Part shown: piece by piece, positions 1 through 9,900 of the stretch
Layout: each line of letters begins with the position of its first letter
How positions within the stretch are numbered: position 1 is the stretch's first letter
Virus record (IMG/VR): IMGVR_UViG_3300033977_000098
Span: 10,637-74,636 of that record
Reading direction: 5' to 3' (one strand)
DNA length: 64,000 nt
DNA from: a virus
Notes under the pieces: model-generated
What the model saw: the letters and a program-made list of their open reading frames with translations, nothing else
Database searches by the model: none
Told to the model about the DNA's origin: nothing
Translations under genes and position numbers: made by a program

Positions 1-1154
1 TGCCCGCAGAGCAATCCACCAGGCGCCAACCGGCCGCGCCAGGTTTCGATGTCGCGTTTCAGCTCGTCATATTCGTGGCTGCCGTCCAAAAATACCATAT
101 CGGGACCGTGCGGAGCGGTTAAGCATTCCGTAGCTTCTGCAGGACAGGCTTCAAGAACAGCGACCGCATGGTCTGACCGTTGCGGGCGCACCTTACCATT
201 CAAATTCTCCATATTGACGAGGAAGCGGTCGAAGAGTACGGCGCGATCGGCGGCAGAAAGCGTTGCATCGCGTGGCCCGTTCCAATCGTCGATCGCATGA
301 ACGTGCCCCGGCGTGTTGTCGCCGAGGACGCGCGTGGATCTTCCGAGATAACTGCCGATTTCCACGATACATTGATGCGCCCTGGCTTGTTTGCCCAACC
401 ATGCCAACTCGGTTTCTTCCATCCAGCCGTCAATCTGAATGGCGCGTTCGAGGTTAACGCCGGGATACGTGCGGGCCCGCCACCGCTTCCACGGCAGGCT
501 CTCTTTGGGAAGCTCGTGGACCTTCCCCGTACCGATATCACAGTGCAAACACAACACGGAACTGTCCACCAAGATCCGGCATCCCGCTTCGTGGAGCTTC
601 TGGCAGAAGTATAGGTCCTCCCAGGTTTCCAGGTTGTATTTCACCCCGCCCCACGTGACTGGCTTTTTCTCGAAAGTGAAATAGGGCTTGGCGAGCTTGT
701 CAAACACGCTCATGCGGATGAGGGCGCAGCCCAAGCCGATCTCTTCGACTTCGAAAGTATCGCTCACCGTCCAGTCCCAAAAAGGTCCGTCCCCGGCTTT
801 TTTGAAGACGACCGGCGCCGGCGGGTCCTGCTTCGACACATAGATTCCCGAGACCACGTCAATCTCCGGGTGATTCTCGAGATCATAAATGAGGCGCACT
901 AGGCCGTGGACGGGAGGCACCGTGTCGTCGTCCACAAAGTAGAGGAGGCGGCAGTTCGCAGATTGCGCAGCTTCTACCATCTCGTTACGCGCAATGTCCG
1001 TGCGCTTGCCGACCGTATGAAACCGCAGGATATAAAAATTGGGTGGGTCAGGAAGGCCAGGAACGGAAAGTGCCCACTGGTAGGGAACCGGACGGCCGGA
1101 CAAAGGGACGCAGAAAGCTAATCCGCGCCGCACTTTGTCCGGGTAAACATGCAT
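1..1154 (-). CDS. GT2-like glycosyltransferase fused to class I SAM methyltransferase (Methyltransf_24-like); runs off the window's left edge
   Basis: Hand translation (absent from ORF track): MHVYPDKV...LLYFVDDDT...GLGCALIRMSVF...EDLYFCQKL (GT-A), then IVEIGSYLGRST...DMVFLDGSHEY...LAPGGLLCG. Confidence 0.8.
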   Translation of the reverse strand, partial: MHVYPDKVRRGLAFCVPLSGRPVPYQWALSVPGLPDPPNFYILRFHTVGKRTDIARNEMVEAAQSANCRLLYFVDDDTVPPVHGLVRLIYDLENHPEIDVVSGIYVSKQDPPAPVVFKKAGDGPFWDWTVSDTFEVEEIGLGCALIRMSVFDKLAKPYFTFEKKPVTWGGVKYNLETWEDLYFCQKLHEAGCRILVDSSVLCLHCDIGTGKVHELPKESLPWKRWRARTYPGVNLERAIQIDGWMEETELAWLGKQARAHQCIVEIGSYLGRSTRVLGDNTPGHVHAIDDWNGPRDATLSAADRAVLFDRFLVNMENLNGKVRPQRSDHAVAVLEACPAEATECLTAPHGPDMVFLDGSHEYDELKRDIETWRGRLAPGGLLCG

Positions 1155-1221
1155 TCATGGCCTCGCGCGGCCTTTTGGCCGCGTAGTGTATCTCAGCGGC
1201 GCTTCCCGGCAAACCATAGCT

Positions 1222-1740
1222 TTAGGAGAACGTGATGCCGGTGGCCGCGTCCACAAGGTACCACAGACCGCTGTACGCGCGCAATGTGAAGCTGGCGCCG
1301 GCATTGCCGCTGAACGTAGCCGTGCGCCGCACTCCCGTGGCGCCCACGATCAGCTTACCGGCCGCTGTCGTGACGGTGTGACTGTATCCGCCCACGTCCT
1401 GCACGGTGACCGTTTTCATGTCGTCCGTCCCGGGCGTCGGCGTGGCCAGGGTCGTAGCGTCGGCGGCGGTGGCCGCAATCAAGTTGACGCCGGGGTACGT
1501 GATGGCATCGCCCGTGCCGCTCAGGACGACTTTGGGCGGCATCGTTGCGCCCTGAAAGATGGGGCTCTGCGTGCCGTTGTTGATGCCGTTCTGAAAGCAG
1601 GCCGCTTCCAGGTTGGCAACGCGAATAAAGAAGTCCGTCTCGGTGTTCGCGAGGATGTTTACGCACACCTCGCGCGGCCCCACATACTCCCACCGGAGAT
1701 TCAGTACATCTTCGAGTTTCTTCAGGCGCTTTTCGTTCAT
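1222..1740 (-). CDS. Putative virion structural/head-associated protein
   Basis: Thr/Ala/Gly-rich 172 aa, downstream of the capsid gene, GGAGG RBS. Confidence 0.5.
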   Translation of the reverse strand: MNEKRLKKLEDVLNLRWEYVGPREVCVNILANTETDFFIRVANLEAACFQNGINNGTQSPIFQGATMPPKVVLSGTGDAITYPGVNLIAATAADATTLATPTPGTDDMKTVTVQDVGGYSHTVTTAAGKLIVGATGVRRTATFSGNAGASFTLRAYSGLWYLVDAATGITFS

Positions 1741-2375
1741 GTCTGTCCTCCAAATAGGAATTTCAATTGCTCACTTTCGTCGCTGCCATTCTCAGCGCGC
1801 GCCGGAAACCGCCGCGCGACCAAGCGGCACAGCGCGATGAACTGCTCCTGGGAAAGCTCGAACTTCATTTTGTTGATCGCCGGGTTGCAGGGCACGCAGT
1901 TCTCGAGCGTATAGCCTTTCGTGCTGTCCACACGGTCGATGCCGTTGTACACATATAGATCGCCTGACTTCGTCCTAAATACGTGCGCCGGTGCGAGTCC
2001 CGAATAATAGCATGGCGAACCCGTCAGGCGTCGGAAGTCCTCGTCTGTGATCTCCCAGGCAATGTTCCTTGCGCGTGCGTTCTGCTTGTACTGGCGAATG
2101 AGGTCGCGAAATGCTACGTCCTTCCGATGAGTTCCCGCACGAAGCGGGTTAAGTTGAGCGATCCGCTTTCCTTGCTGGACGTGATAATCGTGGGCGAGAC
2201 ATCCACAGCTCTGGGTCAGCCCAAGCTGAAGGTTCACACCCTTGACGATGCATTTGTTCCGGCACTCGCACTCACATTCCCACAGCGTAAAGTGTCGCTT
2301 GTTGATCCCGGCGAAGCCTACGACCGTGAGTCTTCCAAATTTCTTGCCTCTTAGCTCCAGCCGATGCATAACCAC
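1737..2375 (-). CDS. Free-standing HNH homing endonuclease
   Basis: N-terminal GKKFGRLTVV...WECECEC...SCGC module; C-terminal CYYSG...GIDRVDSTKGYTLENCVPCNPAINKMK. Confidence 0.85.
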   Translation of the reverse strand: MVMHRLELRGKKFGRLTVVGFAGINKRHFTLWECECECRNKCIVKGVNLQLGLTQSCGCLAHDYHVQQGKRIAQLNPLRAGTHRKDVAFRDLIRQYKQNARARNIAWEITDEDFRRLTGSPCYYSGLAPAHVFRTKSGDLYVYNGIDRVDSTKGYTLENCVPCNPAINKMKFELSQEQFIALCRLVARRFPARAENGSDESEQLKFLFGGQT

Positions 2376-2415
2376 CCCGTAGGTGATTATACACCATCCC
2401 GCGCACTAATTATAT

Positions 2416-3960
2416 CTAACTCGAACCAATCCCCGTAAGTACCCCGAGGCCGAACGGGATGTAGTGCTGCAACGTTTCAAAGGCGTACACCCCGACCTGG
2501 TGCTGCAAACGGACATACGGCCAGCGGATCGAGAAGTGGTCCTCAAGCGTTGCAATGCGCCGCACCGCCGGGATGGCGTTGCCAGCCGCCGGATAAGGGT
2601 TGTTGATAAGATCGGCAAGGATCACGCCCTGGGGAATCCAGGGGTGGGTCTGCACGTCGAGCTGCTTCATCTGCCCCGGCCCGTACTTCGAGCGGTAGGC
2701 CACGGCAAACGTGCCGCCCACGACGCGGCCGGCCGTATCTTGCTCCAGGAAGACCCGCATCACGTTGTTGGCGACGCCGGCCCCCAGAACCTTCTTCGAG
2801 AAGGCGTCGATCAGCGTGCCCCCGAGCCAGAACTTGTCGGGCGTGATCTTGTAGTTCAACCAGAAGTAGTCCATCATTGCTTCGATTTCGACGATGGTGC
2901 CGTCGCCGTTCGCGGTCATGTTAGCGCCGCCCAAGTCTTTCCAGTAGGACGGCTTGGTGGCGCTGGCATAAGTCGCTGCCCAAGCGAACAGGCCGGTGAA
3001 GTCCAGGCTGTTGGCCGAGCAGTCGTTGGCCAGAAGGCTGGTGTGGTTCGGCGCGTCCGCCGCCTGATTGGTCGTAGTCGGCGTGGTGGTGACGGTGAGC
3101 GTCGGCGCAGAAGTCTGCGCGTAGAAGTAGCACTGGGAGATAGGCAGCGCGCTTGACCCGGAGCCTGTCCCGATGAACCAGGCGTAACCCAAGGCGCCAG
3201 CCACGGGCGTGACGGAGACCGTGCAGGATGGGCTCCCACTGCTGGCGAGCTGGGTGCTAGCCACGCCCGTGGAGAGAGCCGACGTCCCGCCGTTGATCGT
3301 GTCCGTCGAGCCATCCGCGTTCTGGCGCGTGTACGGCAATGCCACGCCGGTCGCACTGCACATCACGACGCCCCAACCCGTCAGTGCCACGCAATACGCG
3401 GTAACATACTGGCTTTGCAGGGCGGTGGTGGTGCCGCCGGTGGCGTTCGGGGTCAGCGTGGGGGTGGGTCCGGACCCCAACTGAAATCCATTGCCCCCAC
3501 TGCCATCATTGCCGAATAGGATAGCCCGCTCCTCATCGTTCAAGAGCGCGTTGAGCAGCGAGACTTGGGCCAGGCCGATGTTGTCCTCGAACCCCAAGCC
3601 CATTTGCTGCGCAGCGAAGCTGACTTGAGTGTCCTTGCCGAGGAACTTGTAGTTCGCTGCGTAGTTCTTCTCGGTGATCTGCATGACCGCGTTGCGGTTC
3701 CCTTCTGAGAGCATGGGATAGCCGCCTTGGTCTATGGCCGTCACCGCTTTCCAGTTCACCGCCTGGCCTCCGATAATCATGCCGTTGAAGGTGGGCTGAT
3801 AGCGGGGGATGCTCGCCAACAGCGGGTAGATGACGGGGTAAATCGTCTTCGCGGTCGGCTCCAGGTAGTAGAAGTTCAGGCCGGTAACGCTGGAAATTCC
3901 GGTCGTGGTCGCATCCTTGCGCAGCGTTTGGATGGTCTTCAAGACATCTTCGAGTTGCAT
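2416..3960 (-). CDS. Putative major capsid protein
   Basis: 514 aa directly after protease/scaffold, GGAG RBS, head-module synteny. Confidence 0.65.
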   Translation of the reverse strand: MQLEDVLKTIQTLRKDATTTGISSVTGLNFYYLEPTAKTIYPVIYPLLASIPRYQPTFNGMIIGGQAVNWKAVTAIDQGGYPMLSEGNRNAVMQITEKNYAANYKFLGKDTQVSFAAQQMGLGFEDNIGLAQVSLLNALLNDEERAILFGNDGSGGNGFQLGSGPTPTLTPNATGGTTTALQSQYVTAYCVALTGWGVVMCSATGVALPYTRQNADGSTDTINGGTSALSTGVASTQLASSGSPSCTVSVTPVAGALGYAWFIGTGSGSSALPISQCYFYAQTSAPTLTVTTTPTTTNQAADAPNHTSLLANDCSANSLDFTGLFAWAATYASATKPSYWKDLGGANMTANGDGTIVEIEAMMDYFWLNYKITPDKFWLGGTLIDAFSKKVLGAGVANNVMRVFLEQDTAGRVVGGTFAVAYRSKYGPGQMKQLDVQTHPWIPQGVILADLINNPYPAAGNAIPAVRRIATLEDHFSIRWPYVRLQHQVGVYAFETLQHYIPFGLGVLTGIGSS

Positions 3961-4050
3961 CGTAGTCTCCTTACGTGCGCGTGCTCCTCGCGCCCGGAAT
4001 TATTCAGTTCATGGCCATATATGGCCACAGAGAGCCATATATGTCGAACA

Positions 4051-6588
4051 TTACCGCCCGAGCAGAGCCGCCGCCGGACTGTTCGGCGCCATCAGATGTG
4101 CGGGAACAGGCCCGGCCTTGATGAGCCGCGCGAGCTTCAGTTTGGCGTCGATATCGCCCTGCGTGAGTCCTTTCACAACGTCGTCCTTCGTGGGCTGTGC
4201 CGCGTTGGCACCTGGCGGCACTGCGCCCGTGTCGTTTTCCTTCGGCCCGGCAGGGTGCGTGACGGGCGGCGCCGCCTTGACCAGAACTTGTGTGCGATCA
4301 CCGATCCCGGGCGCCGTACCGCCCGTATTCTCGGGCTCGCCGTACATGGCGATGAAGATTTTGTTCATGTCTTCCAAGCTCTGCTCGCGCGATTTGGCCA
4401 GCTTTTCGTCGAGCAGCTTCACCACGTCTTCCAGAGTGAACGCTTTGTCATTCGGATGCGCCTGGCCCGGATATGCGCCCTGGGTGCCGCCGCCGACCGA
4501 AGTCGGGGCCGGACCTGCGCCCGCGACATCGACGCCGCTGATCGTCTTGCTCGCATCGACGCTGGCACTCGCGCTCGCGCTCTCCGAAACGCTGGCGCTG
4601 CCCACGGCCTTCAAGACGCGATTAATGATGCCAGTGCAGCCGTCCATGTGACCCTTGGCCAACGCGACCGCCCGGGAATGGTGCGCCTTGTGCATCGTAC
4701 CCAGCACTCGCAGGAGATCGCCAGCACTGCGCGCCTTAGCCAATTCTTCCTGTGCCACTTTTTCAAGCTGTTCGAATTCTTCCATGGTTTTGTTCTCCTT
4801 TGCGGCCAGTGCGGCCTTTTCTGCCTGAAGTGCTTCCAGTTCGCGCGTTTCCAGTTCGACTAAACTCGTCATGCAGCCGATGGACTTATCGAGGAGCGCG
4901 GCCACATCTTCCGGATTGTCGCCCTCTTCTGCCGCCGCTGCCTTCAGAAACTCGACGGTGTCGTGGACCTCAGCAAGCTGCTCGGCTGTCCATTCGGCGG
5001 CCTTGCTCATGTCGGGCTCCATGAGGAATTGATACGCCAGGGCGATCTTCTTGGCTTCAGCGGAAACCTCAATCCCGAACTTCTTGGCGGCCGCCCGAAT
5101 ACGCGCCAGCACCTTCGACTCTTGCTCGGAAGGAATGCCTTTATGCTGTCCCCAGCGCGCCAAGGCGTTCCGCACGTGCGCGGCATCGTGAATCGGATAC
5201 TTCCACGTCGCGATGTCGTCGGGGTCCCCGACATAGGCGAAGTCAGAGGCGTGCAGGTCTTTCCCACCCTTCCGTTTCGTCTTGCCCGCTTTGGTGAGTG
5301 CTTCCCAGGCTTTGAGTGCGGCGGTTTCCGGGAGCGGCTTTTCGAGAGCCACGCTGGCTGGGTCGCGCAAGTCCGTCTTGCAGCATTCCGCCTGCGCCGT
5401 GGCAAGTGACGTGTCGCTCAATTCTTTTCCGCACTTCGCGCAGTAAACGGCTTCGCGCTTTCTTACCTTAGCGATGAGCGCCTCGACGCGCGCCAAGTCC
5501 ATGCCGACAGCTTCAGGGGCCATGTGAGCCCCCACGATTGCCGCTAAATCGGCTTTGCCAACTTCTTCATAGGTCTGCCGGACCTCGATGGGATCTCCGA
5601 AGGTGATCTCGCCATCCTTGCCCATCTTGTAAGGGATTTTGTAGGTCTTGCTGTCGCAGTCCACATAGACTTCGGCGTCCGTGAAGTCGCGCATCCAGCA
5701 ATACTTACCGCTAGGCGCCCCCATGTCCATGCCCGACCGTGGGTTGTACTTGTCGCTCACCGCGTCGCGCAGCACGCGCTCTTTCTGTTCGTGGGTCAAC
5801 TCTTCAGCCTTGATGAATTCAGCTTTCAGTGCTGCTTTGATGCCCGCAGCGGCGCATTTGGGGCACATGGTTTCGCTGCCCACGGCCTTGAACGTCTTGC
5901 CGCATTTGGAGCATTTCGTATCGCCGGTGGGCGCAGGCTGAATTGTGCCGTCAGGTCCGACCGTAACGCCGCTTCCTGGAGTTTGTCCGTAGGGCGGAGG
6001 GACGACAGGCTTCGCTCCTTCCTCGGGCACCGGGGGGAGGCCCCCAACGCTAGCGACTTGCGCCTTCTTGAATTCGCGCTGTTCGCTCATGCCATTCGCC
6101 TTGACCAATTCGAAGCGCGCTTCCTTGAGACAAGGCGAGTCCACAAGAGAGATTTCGCCGGGCTTTGCCGTGTACCAGGTGTATTCGCGGGTTTGTTTCG
6201 TGGCCGGATCGGTGTACGGCGCGCGCCAAGTCTTCACGTAATTGCCGCCCTGAGAGAAGCCAGTGTAAACACCTTCCATCACCTTCTTCCAGGCGTCGTC
6301 GTCCACGACCTTGAAGCCCATGGCGATCTGTCTATTGGCATCGCGGAAGTCAATGGATTTCCCCACTCCTGCGGCTTTGAGCTGATGCATTTCCCGCAAG
6401 GGCGCGATGGACTTTCCATCCGTGGCCTTACTAAATTCTTCATTCATGTCTTTGTAGTAGGGTACGGTGGAGGTGTAGTGGAGAACCTCATCATCGCGGT
6501 CGGGCCGTTCGCCAGTCACGACGCCATAGACAGTGCGCGTCGCTTCGTCTACTTTGGCAAGCGGCCAGAATTTTCGGAAGTTCAACAT
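4051..6588 (-). CDS. Prohead protease/scaffold multidomain protein
   Basis: Protease-like N-terminus (RTVYGVVT...LREMHQ...YTGFSQGG...EISLVDSPC), CxxC zinc ribbons, DFAYVGDPDD...WKYPIHDAAHVRNALAR module, helical C-terminus. Confidence 0.75.
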   Translation of the reverse strand: MLNFRKFWPLAKVDEATRTVYGVVTGERPDRDDEVLHYTSTVPYYKDMNEEFSKATDGKSIAPLREMHQLKAAGVGKSIDFRDANRQIAMGFKVVDDDAWKKVMEGVYTGFSQGGNYVKTWRAPYTDPATKQTREYTWYTAKPGEISLVDSPCLKEARFELVKANGMSEQREFKKAQVASVGGLPPVPEEGAKPVVPPPYGQTPGSGVTVGPDGTIQPAPTGDTKCSKCGKTFKAVGSETMCPKCAAAGIKAALKAEFIKAEELTHEQKERVLRDAVSDKYNPRSGMDMGAPSGKYCWMRDFTDAEVYVDCDSKTYKIPYKMGKDGEITFGDPIEVRQTYEEVGKADLAAIVGAHMAPEAVGMDLARVEALIAKVRKREAVYCAKCGKELSDTSLATAQAECCKTDLRDPASVALEKPLPETAALKAWEALTKAGKTKRKGGKDLHASDFAYVGDPDDIATWKYPIHDAAHVRNALARWGQHKGIPSEQESKVLARIRAAAKKFGIEVSAEAKKIALAYQFLMEPDMSKAAEWTAEQLAEVHDTVEFLKAAAAEEGDNPEDVAALLDKSIGCMTSLVELETRELEALQAEKAALAAKENKTMEEFEQLEKVAQEELAKARSAGDLLRVLGTMHKAHHSRAVALAKGHMDGCTGIINRVLKAVGSASVSESASASASVDASKTISGVDVAGAGPAPTSVGGGTQGAYPGQAHPNDKAFTLEDVVKLLDEKLAKSREQSLEDMNKIFIAMYGEPENTGGTAPGIGDRTQVLVKAAPPVTHPAGPKENDTGAVPPGANAAQPTKDDVVKGLTQGDIDAKLKLARLIKAGPVPAHLMAPNSPAAALLGR

Positions 6589-6691
6589 GAGCCTCCGGCA
6601 CCAGACAAAAGTTAGGAAACCGGATTTGAGGCGTCAAGACTTTTTTTATTGATTCCGTGGAAAAGTGCTATACTCGGGAGAGAGTGAAGCT

Positions 6692-6871
6692 ATGGAGGCT
6701 TTTACCCAAATCGCTCCGCCGATACCGGAAGTCACATTTGCCGCGTGTTTGGGATGCGGTCAAATGAAGGCTCTGAGCGATGTTTTCGACGGGACGCTCT
6801 GCGAGGCGTGCCGGATCGCCAAGGGCTTGCTGCGGCCTGACGATGCCTTACTGGAGACGGTCGCTGCATGA
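6692..6871 (+). CDS. Small CxxC...CxxC protein opposite the late operon
   Basis: MEAFTQ...CLGCG...CEAC; promoter-like TTGATT...TGCTATACT upstream (~6649-6673). Confidence 0.35.
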   Translation: MEAFTQIAPPIPEVTFAACLGCGQMKALSDVFDGTLCEACRIAKGLLRPDDALLETVAA

Positions 6872-6993
6872 TTCAAAACGTAGCCGGCACGACCTTGAAC
6901 GCTCCCCCGTGAAACTGAACTGGCAGGCGCTCGAACCACAGCGCCGGGTCCGTTTGTCGCGTGACCACGCGATAATCGCTCGGACCTGCGGCC

Positions 6994-9900
6994 TCACCCG
7001 GCTTCGGGCGCTTTTTGTCCAATCATGCTGGCAGGGCCCTGCTCGATTACGCCCGCGTCATTGATGAACACATGCGCGCCACGAATGGTCACCCAGCCCT
7101 TGCCCAAGGCTTTGTTGAAACTGACCGCAATGACGGCGCAATCGCAGTTCTTGACCACAATACCGCCTATGTTGTATATATGAGAAGTGGTGGATGCGTC
7201 AAAAGCCCAGCCATGAAATCGCCCAACTTGAGTCTGAAGAATTCGCGCCGCCTTAAAGAACGGTGGTCCCGGTTCACAGCAGAGCAGCGCAAGATCATCC
7301 TGGCACCCGCTCACGCCGCTGCCAGCGTTGCCAACAGGGCTCGCATGAAAGAATTTTGGCGCACTGCTACGCTCAGCCAACGTCGAAAGATGCTTGAACC
7401 TGCCCACGCTGCTGCGCGCGGTCGCAAAGAACGCCTGGAATCCAAGTTGGCACGTGCCGCAACTCGCTACATGCGCGCCGTCGGGATAGGCCCCCGAGAG
7501 CGGGCATTTGCAAAGATGCTCAAGTTCGCTGGAATCAAGTTCCGACAGCAAACTCCTTGCGGGCCTTACAGCTTGGACTTCACCATAGACGAAAGTTTCG
7601 TCGCCGTGGAAATACGAACGGGGAGCAGCAACAAACGAGTAGCCAAAGCGGCCGCGCAGAGACTCAAAAGCGTCCTGGATCAATGGCACCTGTTCGAGGT
7701 TCGGTTCCATAGCGGGCATCCTCGCCGATTCCATGCGCATGTCATAAAGCAACTCGTCACCTTTCTTCAGTTCGTGCGCAAACAAGAAACCACGGCAGGT
7801 CAACATTGGGTGGTTAGGCCCGATGGTCAGTTTTATCCGTTCCGAGCCTATGGGCCGCGTAGGCCAGCCGTGATCACCAGGGAGCAATTGGCGCTCGTCG
7901 AGCGCCTCTTTAAGCTTAACGTCTCGTTGCGGAACATCCGTCGTGAAACTGGAGTAGCTCGGCGACGACTGCCCGCAGTTCTCAGCCAACTCCAGCTCCA
8001 GCGCAATCGCGGGGCCGTGGTATGGCGCACCAAGCATTTGCTGAAGTCTGCCATAGGGCGCAAAAACTGAGCCTTCAAATACCGCGTTGGGATGTGCCGG
8101 GGGGGCCTCTACGTCCACGCCAGGGAAGGTTTCGCCTAGCGAAACGACCTCTCCATTCGCATCCTTACAGTCATCGCACGTGTTGGGCTCAACCGAAGTC
8201 TGCCATTGAAGTTTTTTTACTACCCCGCTGTCTTTCCAGACATCATAGTTCGCGTGGCATTGGGCGCGTGCGACCTCGGTGCGGGCAATCATCTCGGCGC
8301 GGGAATCAGAGAACGCGCCCGCCTCGCGGATTTGCTCGATAAGGTCGGGCATTGGAGTTTCTTTGCCGAAAGCATCCGTCACGATGCTGCGGAGATCGTC
8401 CCGCGTGGTATCACTGATGGCCCACTTCGCGTCGGCATTCTCGACGAACGTCCCATCTTCCAGTTTGTGCATTCCCACCAGTTCGGCCGCGCGTTCATCC
8501 GCCCAATCTTGTGCGCCTTGGTTCAGGGCAGAGATCATGTCGTCGTCCGTCAAGTCCAGTTCAGCTACACCTTTCCCGATGCCTGCGAACGCGGCGTGTC
8601 GCAGCGGGGGCGCTGCCTCCATTGGGATCTCGCCGAAAAGTTCCTGAAGCGCCTCGAAAATCGCATCTGCGATGTTGATGGCGTCATCGTCCTGCTTAGC
8701 CAAATCGAACTCCTCGATTTTCTTTTTTCCATTCTTAAAGGGGATAGTGCGGATGCGCTCGAAATCATCCGGGTCCGCCTGGCGCGCCCGATAACTGGAA
8801 TCTGTTTCCTGAATCTCCGTTTTGAAGTCATGGTCCTTCAGCCATGCGCGCACATCTTCTTTTGTCCACGCATCCTTCGGCATGAAGAGGATCGACTGCG
8901 CCTCTGTCCGCCCACCTTCCGGACCCTTTTCGGAAGGCTTGCGAACGCCCACCGTTGCCGAAATGCGCCGCGCCGCTTTCCCGAAGCCATCCACAATCAG
9001 GGCGTGCACCATCTCATCATGGACCTTCAGCAAGCGGTCAGCCTTTTCCTTGGCGCGGTCGCGCTGCCGGCGAAAAACTTTCTTGATAATTTCTGCCAGC
9101 TCGCGCTCCGCTTCCTGGAGGGCGGGCGTGGAATGCGAGGGGTCGATTTTGATGTTGGCCGCCTTCGCTAGTGGCAGGGAGCGGCTCTTAGTGGAAACGC
9201 TTGGTGCTTTGTCAATTAACTCGTCGCACGTCCCGCACTTGAATTGGCGCACTTGCTCATCGGCTGGCCCGAAATCGTTGCAGCAGCCCAGCTCCTTTGA
9301 GACACCACCTTTGACATAGACGGTTTTGCAATCGGCGTCTTTGACGGCACCTGGGAACTCCATGTACCCGGCGTCTTCTTCAGGCTTGCGAGAATCGCGT
9401 TTGAGAATCGTAAGCGTCTGCGCGCCACCAGTGGCTTTCCAATACGGTTGGAAATTCTTGACCGCCTCGATGAATTCCGGCGTCCACTCGCCCAGGAACT
9501 GGGTGGCTTTGTCGTCCACAAACTCGTGCGCCATGACCGGCTTGACGTTCGTGATGTCCAGTACGTAGGCGCTCGCCTTGTTTTGTTGCAGCGCCACCCA
9601 CACGGGTCCGAAGTCTGTCCGCGCTGTGAAGATCAAGATATCAAAATCCTTAGACAACTCCCGCAGGGCGTCCACGGCGCCGTCGATAAACTCCGTGATC
9701 GCCGTCGGGTCGTCGGGGTCGCCGACTTGAATGGTGGAATCGAAGTCGAGGCAGAGAAGGGGCTTTTGCAGCAAATCGGTTAGCGCCTTGACGAGTTCGC
9801 GCTCATAGGCGGCTGTCGGCATTTGCTGCAAGCCTTCATGTTTCACATAAACATTAGCATTGCTCAACTCCGTTGGCAAATCCTCTTCCACGATAAGGCT

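Noticed and set aside
7015-7212. Upstream extension of the antisense endonuclease ORF
   Set aside because: Mostly overlaps the MuF C-extein and intein C-terminal blocks and looks like shadow; ATG 7213 (or 7180) inside the intein is more plausible.
8206-9171. 321-aa + strand ORF opposite MuF (likewise 3727-4863, 11118-11990, 34059-35063, 48466-49689)
   Set aside because: Typical GC-rich shadow ORFs lacking domain signatures, unlike 7213-8070.
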